From the NCBI GenBank assembly GCA_049802575.1, contig JBARMS010000161.1, forward strand, positions 794 through 64,793: a stretch of DNA of 64,000 nt. Reading direction: 5' to 3'. The first letter of the stretch is position 1, and the number at the start of each line of letters is the position of its first letter. Below are positions 19,401-26,458 of the stretch, piece by piece. The notes under the pieces were generated by a model that ran no database searches, was not told the DNA's origin, and worked only from the letters and a program-made list of their open reading frames with translations. This stretch comes from Acidobacteriaceae bacterium (GTDB lineage: Bacteria > Acidobacteriota > Terriglobia > Terriglobales > Acidobacteriaceae). Both the position numbers and the translations under genes were made by a program.

Positions 19401-20699
19401 GCCGCGGGCGCCAATACGATTACCGCGACCTACAGCGGGGATGCCCACTACGCGGGCTCCTCCACAACCTTCACGCTGACGAACACCAGCGGCGTCGGCT
19501 CGTTCAACCTCACCAACAGCGGCGCCATCACGGTCGCTCCCGGCGAGAGCGCCAGCACCAGCGTGACCGTGACACCTGCCGCCGGTTTCTCCGGGCCGGT
19601 CGACTTCGCCTGCTCCGTTCCGAAGGGCTTCACCGGAACCTGCACCGTGCCTGGACCCGTCAACGTCAGTGGGGCAGCGGTTTCGGTCCTCGTCGCGGTC
19701 GGGGTCGGTTCGGGATCCACTCCCGGCACCTATTCCGTCACGGTGATCGGGGCCGATGACACGGGCAAGACCACGGCATCGACCAGCTTCAACGTCATCG
19801 TTTCGGCGCCGGTGAATCCGACACCCGGCTTCTCGCTGTCGAACAGCGGGCCGCTTACCGTCCCGGAAGGCACCAATTCAAGCAACACGCTCACACTGAC
19901 CCCCGCCAACGACTACACCGGCACGGCGAATATCACGTGCACCGTCACAACGGCCATTGCCAATCCGGTGAACCTGCCCACCTGCTCCGGCACAGCGGTC
20001 GCTGTCACGGGCGCGTCGCCGGTTGGCTTTACCGTGCAGATCGCTGCAGCGAACACCACCTCGGTGGGCACGTACACCGTCAACGTCACGGCCACGGATT
20101 CGTCGAGTTCGTCGATCACGGCCGGCACCACATTTGCGCTGACAGTCAACAGCCCTCCGATCTCGATCTCGGCCAGCGGCGGCATCTCCATCAACCCGGG
20201 CGCGACCAACGGCAATTCAGCCAGCATCACCATTACGCCTGCGGACGGCTACACCGGGACGGTGAACCTGGCCTGTAAGCTGACCTCGCAGCCCGCAAAC
20301 GCCAGCAATCTGCCCACCTGCTCGGTGACGAATTCCGTCGTCATCACCGGAAGCGCGCCGGCTACGGCAACGCTCACGATCAACACCAGCAGCAGCACGA
20401 AGAGCGCAGCCACGCCACCGTTGAAGACGTTCTTCCTGGGCGGCGGGGCAGCGCTGGCATTCGTGGTGTTCTTTGGAATTCCAGCTCGCCGCCGCATCTG
20501 GCGCACACTGTTCGGCGTGCTGGCCGCCGTCGTTCTGGTATCCGGGATCGGCTGCGGCGGCATCATGCAGCCGACTTCGCCGGGTGGATCCACAGTTGCA
20601 GGAACCACTCCCGGGAACTACGTCTTTACCGTCACCGGCGTCGATGCGGCCACTCAGGTTTTGACCGCTTCAACGACCGTCACCGTCACCGTGAAATAG
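16425..20699 (+). CDS. Sedolisin (peptidase S53) with pro-kumamolisin activation domain, fused to multiple Ig-like repeats and a C-terminal TM hairpin
   Basis: Signal peptide MKISTLRLVIAAVSAGLTLPLVAQ (ATG 16425). Pro-kumamolisin-like prodomain. S53 motifs EGLLDVEV, NISFGECE, SAGDAGSAGCD, GGTSAAAPAFAG. Three YSGD-type Ig repeats and three Cys-containing modules. Two hydrophobic helices lie near the C-terminus. Confidence 0.85.
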   Translation: MKISTLRLVIAAVSAGLTLPLVAQSTAGNLPFPANRIVAPINENVVVALPGNVHPMIRAAVDRGAAPGDTPTGSITLVLARSQAQQQALTQYLQELQNPASANFHKWLTPAQYGARFGVSDSDLQTVESWLQSHGFKIEKVAQARNAIQFSGTFAQVGSAFHTSMHVYNVAGQKHLANSTDPAIPAALAPVVAAVGPLNDFRPHSNLIPGPRGTWDATHHTIVPQFTFQNDGLSMLYVDPADAATIYDTPNKKLNANFAGTTTYDGTGVIIGVAGDSDITLQDVANYRTGFLGETAAAADVPTVIRPGNDPGINGAATEGLLDVEVAGGMAPGAKIDFYTAADTNLTAGLFQAINAAIDDNIVSILNISFGECEADAGAALNAQLNEYFEQAAAQGISVTVSAGDAGSAGCDNFDTEEQASLGLAVNAIASTPFTIAVGGTDFGNLPGTFTSYVTDVSEGTAPYYLTAKNYIPETTWNDSTLTNTVLVDNEFPPKPDPTNIIAGSGGVSSVYIKPWFQTALTPADGARDLPDVSMLAGNGYYDAAWLVCSDSVDAGDGASFFTDCQNTNGTFASGATFEGVGGTSAAAPAFAGILALVEQAQGGRLGQADSVLYALAQSQYSTVFHDVTVGNNSVYCVEGSLDCLPSLADCTNGLPDCVPNPLLTESGYDAEVGYDLASGLGSVDATNLIRFWKNNALTATNTGLTINSSANPVTAVHGTSLSFGVSVNPASATGTAVVLGGQDGTFTIPLTSGAGTASYNGLPGGSYTVTARYSGDANNAASTSSPISVDITGEPSTTALTVTGYGFSGPGVTYPVNAIPYGSYVFLNAQITGTAEGAKTEGAATGTVDFLDSGASLGSENIGLNNVSSYPALNNNYPLFAIGKHTITAKYSGDASYNSSNSGAVSFTVVKAPTTTAVTATPSTVNVTTASYVSVSIATPFNLAAAPGGTVTLTSGSTTLGTITSFSLNSQPSVAGSYILTGVAQIAGSQLAAGANTITATYSGDAHYAGSSTTFTLTNTSGVGSFNLTNSGAITVAPGESASTSVTVTPAAGFSGPVDFACSVPKGFTGTCTVPGPVNVSGAAVSVLVAVGVGSGSTPGTYSVTVIGADDTGKTTASTSFNVIVSAPVNPTPGFSLSNSGPLTVPEGTNSSNTLTLTPANDYTGTANITCTVTTAIANPVNLPTCSGTAVAVTGASPVGFTVQIAAANTTSVGTYTVNVTATDSSSSSITAGTTFALTVNSPPISISASGGISINPGATNGNSASITITPADGYTGTVNLACKLTSQPANASNLPTCSVTNSVVITGSAPATATLTINTSSSTKSAATPPLKTFFLGGGAALAFVVFFGIPARRRIWRTLFGVLAAVVLVSGIGCGGIMQPTSPGGSTVAGTTPGNYVFTVTGVDAATQVLTASTTVTVTVK

Positions 20700-20721
20700 T
20701 CACCGTTGTCGTTACAGATCC

Positions 20722-20752
20722 GGGCGCGGACTACTCCGCGCCCTTTCTTTTT
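20722..20752 (+). terminator. Rho-independent terminator of the sedolisin gene
   Basis: GGGCGCGGA (20722-20730), loop CTAC, TCCGCGCCC (20735-20743), followed by TTTCTTTTT. Confidence 0.8.
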
Positions 20753-20772
20753 GCAGACGTCCCGGCGCGCGG

Positions 20773-23700
20773 CTATGCCCGGCCGCTTCCCTTCACTGCT
20801 GCGATACCGGCCGCGCCCAGAGCGGCCACCGCGACCAGGGCTGTCAGGCGCGCGGTCCGGCGCGCATGGATGCGCCGATGCGCCAGCGCAGCCTCCGGCC
20901 TGTCGCGTTCGACGCCACCCCGCTCGGCCTCGTCGCAGCTCTGCGCCATGCGAATGACTTCAGCCAAATGCAGCGCCTGGCGATCGGTTTCCTGAGCAAT
21001 TTGCGTGCGGCAACTGAAGCCGTCGGCCACGATCAGCGTATCGTCGCCGGCTTCGCGTACTTTGGGCAGCAGCGACCGCTCGCCAATTTCAAGAGAGATT
21101 CCGTACTTGTCCGCTTCGAAGCCAAATGATCCGGCCATGCCGCAGCAGCCTGACGCCAGAATCTGCGCGTCGAGCCCCATCTTCTCCATGGTCTTCTTCT
21201 CGTCGTCGAAGCGAATGACCGACTTGTGATGGCAGTGGCCCTGCACGAGAGCCCTGCGCGCCATGCGCGGCATTTTGAAATCCGGCGCCTTTTTCTCGAG
21301 CAACTCGCTCAGCACAAACGTCTGCTCGCGCAGCTTCATGGCCAGCTTGTCATTCGGAAACAGGTTGCGCATTTCATCGCGAAAGACGGTCGCGCAGCTC
21401 GGCTCCAGCACGACCATGGGAACGCCCGCTTTAATATCCTTCTTCATCGTCTTCAGAATCTTGCGCAGATACGACTTGGCCATGTCGAGAAAGCCGTAGT
21501 CGTAGAGCGGACGTCCGCAGCACAAATGTTTGAACGGCACGATCACCTGGAACCCTGCGCTCTCCAGCACCTCGGTGGCGGACTGAGCAGTTTCCGGGAA
21601 GAAGTAGTTGTTGAAGGTGTCCGGCCAGAGGATAACCTTGCCGCGCTCACCGGATTTCTTCGCGCCGCGTTTTTTGAACCAGGCCCTGAAGGTTTCCGGG
21701 GCGAACTCGGGAATCGACCGGCCCTGCGGCATGCCTGCGGCGACTTTCGCCAGTGCGTTCAGTCCAGGCGTCTGTGTGACCAGGTTCACGAATCCCGGCC
21801 ACATCGAAGCGAGCCGCGACCACTTGTCGATCCAGCCGAAGGCATAGGCATAGCGCGGGCGCATGCGGCCTTCCCAGTAGTGCGACAGGAACTCGGCCTT
21901 ATAGGTCGCGATGTCCACGTTGACCGGGCAATCGCCCTTGCATCCTTTGCAGCTCAGGCAGAGGTCGAGCGCCTCCTTCACGTTCTCGTCGCGCCAGCGG
22001 TCTTCGACGATTCCGCCATGCATCATTTCCCACAGCGTGTGCGCGCGGCCGCGCGTCGTGTGCTTCTCGTCGTGCGTCACCATGAAGCTCGGGCACATGG
22101 TGTCGTCCTCGGGCTTTTCGCTGTCTCTGCGGCGGCATTTTCCGATGCCAACACACCGCATCGCCGCATGAGCAAAGCTGCCGCCATCGTCAGGAAACTG
22201 GAAATGGGTCTTCGGCTTCCACGGATGATAGTTCGCGCCCAGGCGCAGATCTTCATCCATGCGGTTGGCGTCGATCAGCTTGCCCGGGTTCATCTTCCAG
22301 TCGGGATCCCAGATGGCTTTGTATTCGCGAAACGCCTCCATGAGCTGCGCGCCGAACATTTTCTCGAGGAACTCGCCGCGCGCCTGGCCATCGCCGTGTT
22401 CGCCGCTCCAGCTGCCGTCATATTTGTGGCAAAGACTCGTCGCCTCTTCGACAAACGAGCGGTATTTCCTGATGCCTTCCGCGCTGCGCAGGTCGAAATC
22501 GACGCGGCAGTGAACGCAGGCCTGCCCAAAGTGTCCGTAGAGCGCCGGGTTGTAGTCGTACTTGTTGTAGAGCGCTCGCAGCTCGCGCAGATATTTGCCC
22601 AGCTTCGCAGGCTCGACCGCAGAATCTTCCCACCCCGGCCAGGTATCCGGCTCGCCGGGCACAAAGGCAGTCGCGCCCAGCCCGGATTCGCGGATCTCCC
22701 ACATGTGCGCCATCTCCCCCTTGTCGGTGAGCAGGCGCATGTGGACGCCGGGATGGCGTTTCTTCAGCGACTCCATGGCTCGCTCGGCCATCTCGATGGC
22801 ATCCTGCTTGCGGTCGGCGCCGAATTCCGCCATCAGCCATCCATGGCCTTCCGGCAGCAGGTTGAGGAACCGTTCATGGCGATCGCCTTTCTTGACGATG
22901 TTGTGACGCAGCCGGTCGTCGATGCCCTCCAGCGCCACCGGCTTAAACGCATCGATCTCGAGCACGTCGTCGGCGGCCTCATAGATGTCCGGGTAGCCGA
23001 GCATCAGAATCGCCCGCTCGGCCTTTGCGTCGACCAGCCGGACCTTTGCTTCCAGCACCGTCACCAGCGTGCCCTCGCTGCCCACCAGCGCCCGCGCGAT
23101 GTTGAAGCGGCCATCCTCTTTGGGCAGCAGCTCGTTCAGGTTGTATCCGGAGACACGCCGCGGAATCGGCGGAAACTTCTCGCGGATTTGCTCGGCGTAC
23201 TGGTCGCGCAGCGACTTCAGGCGCGCGTAGATCTCGCCCTGGCGACCGCCCTGCGCAATCTTCCGGTCCATCTCCTTTTGGTTCATCCAGCCGACGGTCA
23301 TGCGCGTGCCGTCGTAGAGAAGAACGTCCAGCTCCTCGACGTTTTCCTCCACTTTGCCGGCCATTTGGGCGTGCGCTCCGCAGGAATTGTTGCCGATCAT
23401 GCCGCCGAAGCAACAATGATTGTGGGTCGCGGGATCGGGCCCCCACGTGAGCAAATTGCCAGTCAGATGCAGCGCCTTGTCGCGCAACTCGTCGCAAACG
23501 GTGCCCGGCAGCACGCGCGCCCAGCGATTTCTGGCGTTCACTTCCAGCACGCCGCCCATGTATTTCGACCAATCCATGACGACAGCCACGTTGCACGTTT
23601 GGCCAGCCAGGCTCGTGCCGCCGGCGCGTGAGGTCAGCGGCGCTCCGAATTGCCGGCACAGCGCGACCGTGCGGATGACGTCGCGCTTCGAGCGCGGAAT

Positions 23701-23907
23701 GACCACCCCGATCGGGACCTGGCGGTAATTCGAGGCGTCCGTCGCGTAGAGGGCCTTCGTCCCGGCGTCGAAGCGCACTTCGCCTTCAATCTCCTGCTCG
23801 AGCGCCTTGCGCAACTGCTCGGCATCCACGCCCCCGCTGCCTCGCCGCACCGCATAACCACGCGTTAAGGTTTCTGGTGCAATCAGCGGCGCAGCGGTCG
23901 CAGACAT
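20773..23907 (-). CDS. FAD-binding (PCMH/GlcD-type) plus Fe-S (CCG/GlpC-type) oxidoreductase, YdiJ-like (2-hydroxyacid dehydrogenase family)
   Basis: 1044 aa. N-terminal FAD_binding_4-like region (IPRSKRDVIRTVALCRQFGAPLTSRAGGTSLAGQ). Central CxxCxxCxxxCP cluster (CLSCKGCKGDCP). C-terminal Cys-rich CCG repeats. GGGGAGGG SD lies 8 nt before ATG 23907. Confidence 0.8.
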   Translation of the reverse strand: MSATAAPLIAPETLTRGYAVRRGSGGVDAEQLRKALEQEIEGEVRFDAGTKALYATDASNYRQVPIGVVIPRSKRDVIRTVALCRQFGAPLTSRAGGTSLAGQTCNVAVVMDWSKYMGGVLEVNARNRWARVLPGTVCDELRDKALHLTGNLLTWGPDPATHNHCCFGGMIGNNSCGAHAQMAGKVEENVEELDVLLYDGTRMTVGWMNQKEMDRKIAQGGRQGEIYARLKSLRDQYAEQIREKFPPIPRRVSGYNLNELLPKEDGRFNIARALVGSEGTLVTVLEAKVRLVDAKAERAILMLGYPDIYEAADDVLEIDAFKPVALEGIDDRLRHNIVKKGDRHERFLNLLPEGHGWLMAEFGADRKQDAIEMAERAMESLKKRHPGVHMRLLTDKGEMAHMWEIRESGLGATAFVPGEPDTWPGWEDSAVEPAKLGKYLRELRALYNKYDYNPALYGHFGQACVHCRVDFDLRSAEGIRKYRSFVEEATSLCHKYDGSWSGEHGDGQARGEFLEKMFGAQLMEAFREYKAIWDPDWKMNPGKLIDANRMDEDLRLGANYHPWKPKTHFQFPDDGGSFAHAAMRCVGIGKCRRRDSEKPEDDTMCPSFMVTHDEKHTTRGRAHTLWEMMHGGIVEDRWRDENVKEALDLCLSCKGCKGDCPVNVDIATYKAEFLSHYWEGRMRPRYAYAFGWIDKWSRLASMWPGFVNLVTQTPGLNALAKVAAGMPQGRSIPEFAPETFRAWFKKRGAKKSGERGKVILWPDTFNNYFFPETAQSATEVLESAGFQVIVPFKHLCCGRPLYDYGFLDMAKSYLRKILKTMKKDIKAGVPMVVLEPSCATVFRDEMRNLFPNDKLAMKLREQTFVLSELLEKKAPDFKMPRMARRALVQGHCHHKSVIRFDDEKKTMEKMGLDAQILASGCCGMAGSFGFEADKYGISLEIGERSLLPKVREAGDDTLIVADGFSCRTQIAQETDRQALHLAEVIRMAQSCDEAERGGVERDRPEAALAHRRIHARRTARLTALVAVAALGAAGIAAVKGSGRA

Positions 23908-24009
23908 ATTGGTTCCCTCCCCGTTGTAATGAGACTGGTGTCTCGAAATCTCTCGCGAGCCGGCCCGGCGAACCGCACGGGTTGCAGCGCAGCGCTCGAC
24001 ATTGTGCGG

Positions 24010-25155
24010 CTAGGCGGCGTACTTTTCCGCGTCGGCCCGGCGCAGCACCAGGCCATTGCCCGGCCGCGACAGATCCGGCCGCAGCTTGCCATCCACCAGT
24101 TGCGGCAGCCCGTCAAAAAACATCTGCTCGATGCGCGTGTGATCGTAGAAGTATTCGATCTCGGTGAATGGAATCGCCGCGCACGCCGCATGCACGTGGA
24201 GCGCCGGAGCCGTATGCGACGACAGGGGGACGTTGTGCGCATCGCACAGGGCCGCAATCTGCATGAATCCGGTTACGCCGCCGCACCGCGTCATATCCGC
24301 CTGCAACACGTCAACCGCACTGGCCGCCAGCATATTGTGGAAGTCGAGGAGCCGATAGCCATACTCGCCCGCTGCAATTTCCATACGCGCCGGCGCGCGG
24401 TCGCGCACGAAGCGCAGCCCCTCGAGATTGTCTGAGGTGACCGGCTCTTCAAACCAGCGCACGTTGTGGATCGCCAGCATATCGGCCTGCTCCAGCGCCT
24501 GGCGCGGCGTGTAGGCGCCATTTGCATCCACGTAGAGCCGCACCCGCGGACCGATGGCATCGCGGGCCACATTCACCCGCTCCTTATCGCGCTTTGGATC
24601 GCGGCCGATCTTCATCTTGACGGCACACATGCCTTCGGAGGCCCATCCTCCCAACTGCTTCGCGAGTCGTTTGTCGGTATACGAGGTGAATCCGCCGCTC
24701 CCGTAGACCGGGGCTTCCGTCCGCACCTGGCCGAGCAGCGCCACCAGAGGTACGCCCAGCAGCCGGGCTTTCAGATCCCACAGGGCGCAGTCGACCGCGG
24801 AAATGGCCATGGAGCAGATGCCGGGCCGACCGAGATTGCGAATGCCCTTCCACATGGCCATATAGGCAGCCGGCGGCGACATGGCATCCGCGCCGACCAC
24901 GGCGTCGCGCAGGATGTCGTGAACCAGCGCCGCCGTTCCTGAATCGGCGTAGGTATACCCGATGCCTTCCTGGTCGCCGGCCCGCACGGTGGCAATCACG
25001 ATCGTCGTGTGGTCCCAGGAGATGGTGCCGTCCGACTCCGGCCCGTCGGTGGGGATGGTGTAACTGGAGACCTTCACATCGGTGACAACCGCGGAAGAGA
25101 ACGAAGACTTGCGAAGAGGAGGCGTTTTGGGAGAAGAAACCAGCCAGCGGCGCAT
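24010..25155 (-). CDS. Enolase-superfamily enzyme (mandelate racemase/muconate lactonizing family, probable acid-sugar dehydratase)
   Basis: Metal-ligand blocks VDANGAY, WFEEP and AAGE. The start is uncertain: ATG at 25155, the ORF track start at 25236, or a GTG just before KVSSYTIP. Confidence 0.75.
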   Translation of the reverse strand: MRRWLVSSPKTPPLRKSSFSSAVVTDVKVSSYTIPTDGPESDGTISWDHTTIVIATVRAGDQEGIGYTYADSGTAALVHDILRDAVVGADAMSPPAAYMAMWKGIRNLGRPGICSMAISAVDCALWDLKARLLGVPLVALLGQVRTEAPVYGSGGFTSYTDKRLAKQLGGWASEGMCAVKMKIGRDPKRDKERVNVARDAIGPRVRLYVDANGAYTPRQALEQADMLAIHNVRWFEEPVTSDNLEGLRFVRDRAPARMEIAAGEYGYRLLDFHNMLAASAVDVLQADMTRCGGVTGFMQIAALCDAHNVPLSSHTAPALHVHAACAAIPFTEIEYFYDHTRIEQMFFDGLPQLVDGKLRPDLSRPGNGLVLRRADAEKYAA

Positions 25156-25263
25156 AAGTGTTGGAGCGGGAGCCCTTCCGGTACGATGTCCAACGCTCCG
25201 ATCCGGGTTTTCTTTCCCGCGAGACGCGCCGTCCACGCTGAGCTTTCAGCACAAAGGCGCGTT

Positions 25264-25305
25264 CATCCATCCCCAATCCCCAACACCTCATCCCTGGTCC
25301 CCGCC
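25264..25305 (+). repeat. C-rich tandem heptamer tract upstream of the SDR gene
   Basis: CATCCAT CCCCAAT CCCCAAC ACCTCAT CCCTGGT CCCCGCC, read directly. Confidence 0.5.
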
Positions 25306-25342
25306 TTTCCGCATCCAATCGAAGTTGCCCGAGGGGGGAAAC

Positions 25343-26431
25343 ATGGGAGTGCACGAGAAGAATCAGCCGGAAGTCGTTGTCATCACCGGAGCGTCAGCCG
25401 GAGTGGGCCGCGCGACGGTTCGCGAATTCGCCCGCCGGGGCGCGTTCATTGGCCTCATCGCGCGCGGCGAAGAGGGTCTGGAGGGCGCACGCCAGGAAGT
25501 TGAGTCGCTGGGCGGCAAGGCGCTCGTTCTGCCTACCGATGTGGCCGATCCGGCCGCCGTGGAAGCCGCTGCCGAGCGCGTCGAGCGCGAACTGGGCCCG
25601 ATCGACATCTGGGTGAACAATGCCATGACGTCGGTCTTTGCGCCGATCAGGGAGATGACCGCCGAGGAATTCCGGCGCGTCACCGAGGTCACCTATCTCG
25701 GCTACGTTTACGGGACGCTTGCCGCGCTCAAGCGGATGCTGCCCCGCGACCGCGGGACCATCGTCCACGTGGGATCGGCGCTCGCCTATCGCAGCATCCC
25801 GCTGCAGGCGGCTTACTGCGCCTCGAAGCACGCCGTCCTCGGGTTCTTCGCCGCGCTGCGCACCGAGCTCATCCACGATCAGAGCCACGTCCACACCACC
25901 ATGGTGCAAATGCCCGCGCTGAACACACCGCAGTTTGGCTGGGTGCGCAGCAAGCTGCCGCGCAAAGCGCAGCCGGTGCCGCCCATTTTCCAGCCGGAAG
26001 TGGCCGCGCGCGCCATTTATTACGCTGCGCATCATCCTGCGCGCCGCGAGTATTTCGTCGGCGGATCGACCGTCAAAGCCATCTTCGGGAACAAGCTGGC
26101 GCCTTCCTTCGCCGACCACTACCTGGCGCGCACCGGCTATGACGCACAACAGTACGACGGCTATCGCGATCCCAGCCGGCCAGACAATCTTTACCAGCCG
26201 GTCCCCGGCGATCACGGAGCGCACGGCAGCTTCACGGATCGAGCGAAGACGGAGAGCTGGGAGTTCTGGGCCGAATCCCACGTGCGGTGGCTGGCCGCCG
26301 CAGTGGGCATCGGCGTGGGCATCGCCGGCTTCGCCTGGAAGCAGCTGGCCTCTCCGTCCACGTCAAGACGCGTCAGCCGCCGGCTCAAATCCATCGAGAA
26401 ACAGCACGATCCCTGGGCCAAAGCCGCCTGA
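25343..26431 (+). CDS. Short-chain dehydrogenase/reductase (SDR) with C-terminal hydrophobic anchor
   Basis: TGASAGVGR Rossmann motif and YCASKHAV active-site motif. ATG 25343 is preceded by GAGGGGGG. There is a C-terminal TM-like segment WLAAAVGIGVGIAGFAW. Confidence 0.85.
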   Translation: MGVHEKNQPEVVVITGASAGVGRATVREFARRGAFIGLIARGEEGLEGARQEVESLGGKALVLPTDVADPAAVEAAAERVERELGPIDIWVNNAMTSVFAPIREMTAEEFRRVTEVTYLGYVYGTLAALKRMLPRDRGTIVHVGSALAYRSIPLQAAYCASKHAVLGFFAALRTELIHDQSHVHTTMVQMPALNTPQFGWVRSKLPRKAQPVPPIFQPEVAARAIYYAAHHPARREYFVGGSTVKAIFGNKLAPSFADHYLARTGYDAQQYDGYRDPSRPDNLYQPVPGDHGAHGSFTDRAKTESWEFWAESHVRWLAAAVGIGVGIAGFAWKQLASPSTSRRVSRRLKSIEKQHDPWAKAA

Positions 26432-26458
26432 AGAGAATCGGCTTGCGCGATGGGGCGG

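Noticed and set aside
16383-19448. 1021-aa minus-strand ORF antisense to the sedolisin gene
   Set aside because: It is extremely Arg/Gly/Ala-rich (RRGRLHHREADGAAVAAV...) with no domains. The opposite strand carries clear S53 and Ig-repeat signatures.
20481-20500. GIPARRR after a hydrophobic helix in the sedolisin protein as a PEP-CTERM-type sorting signal
   Set aside because: There is no PEP tripeptide, and the protein continues for about 70 more residues after the Arg cluster, so it is not a C-terminal sorting tag.
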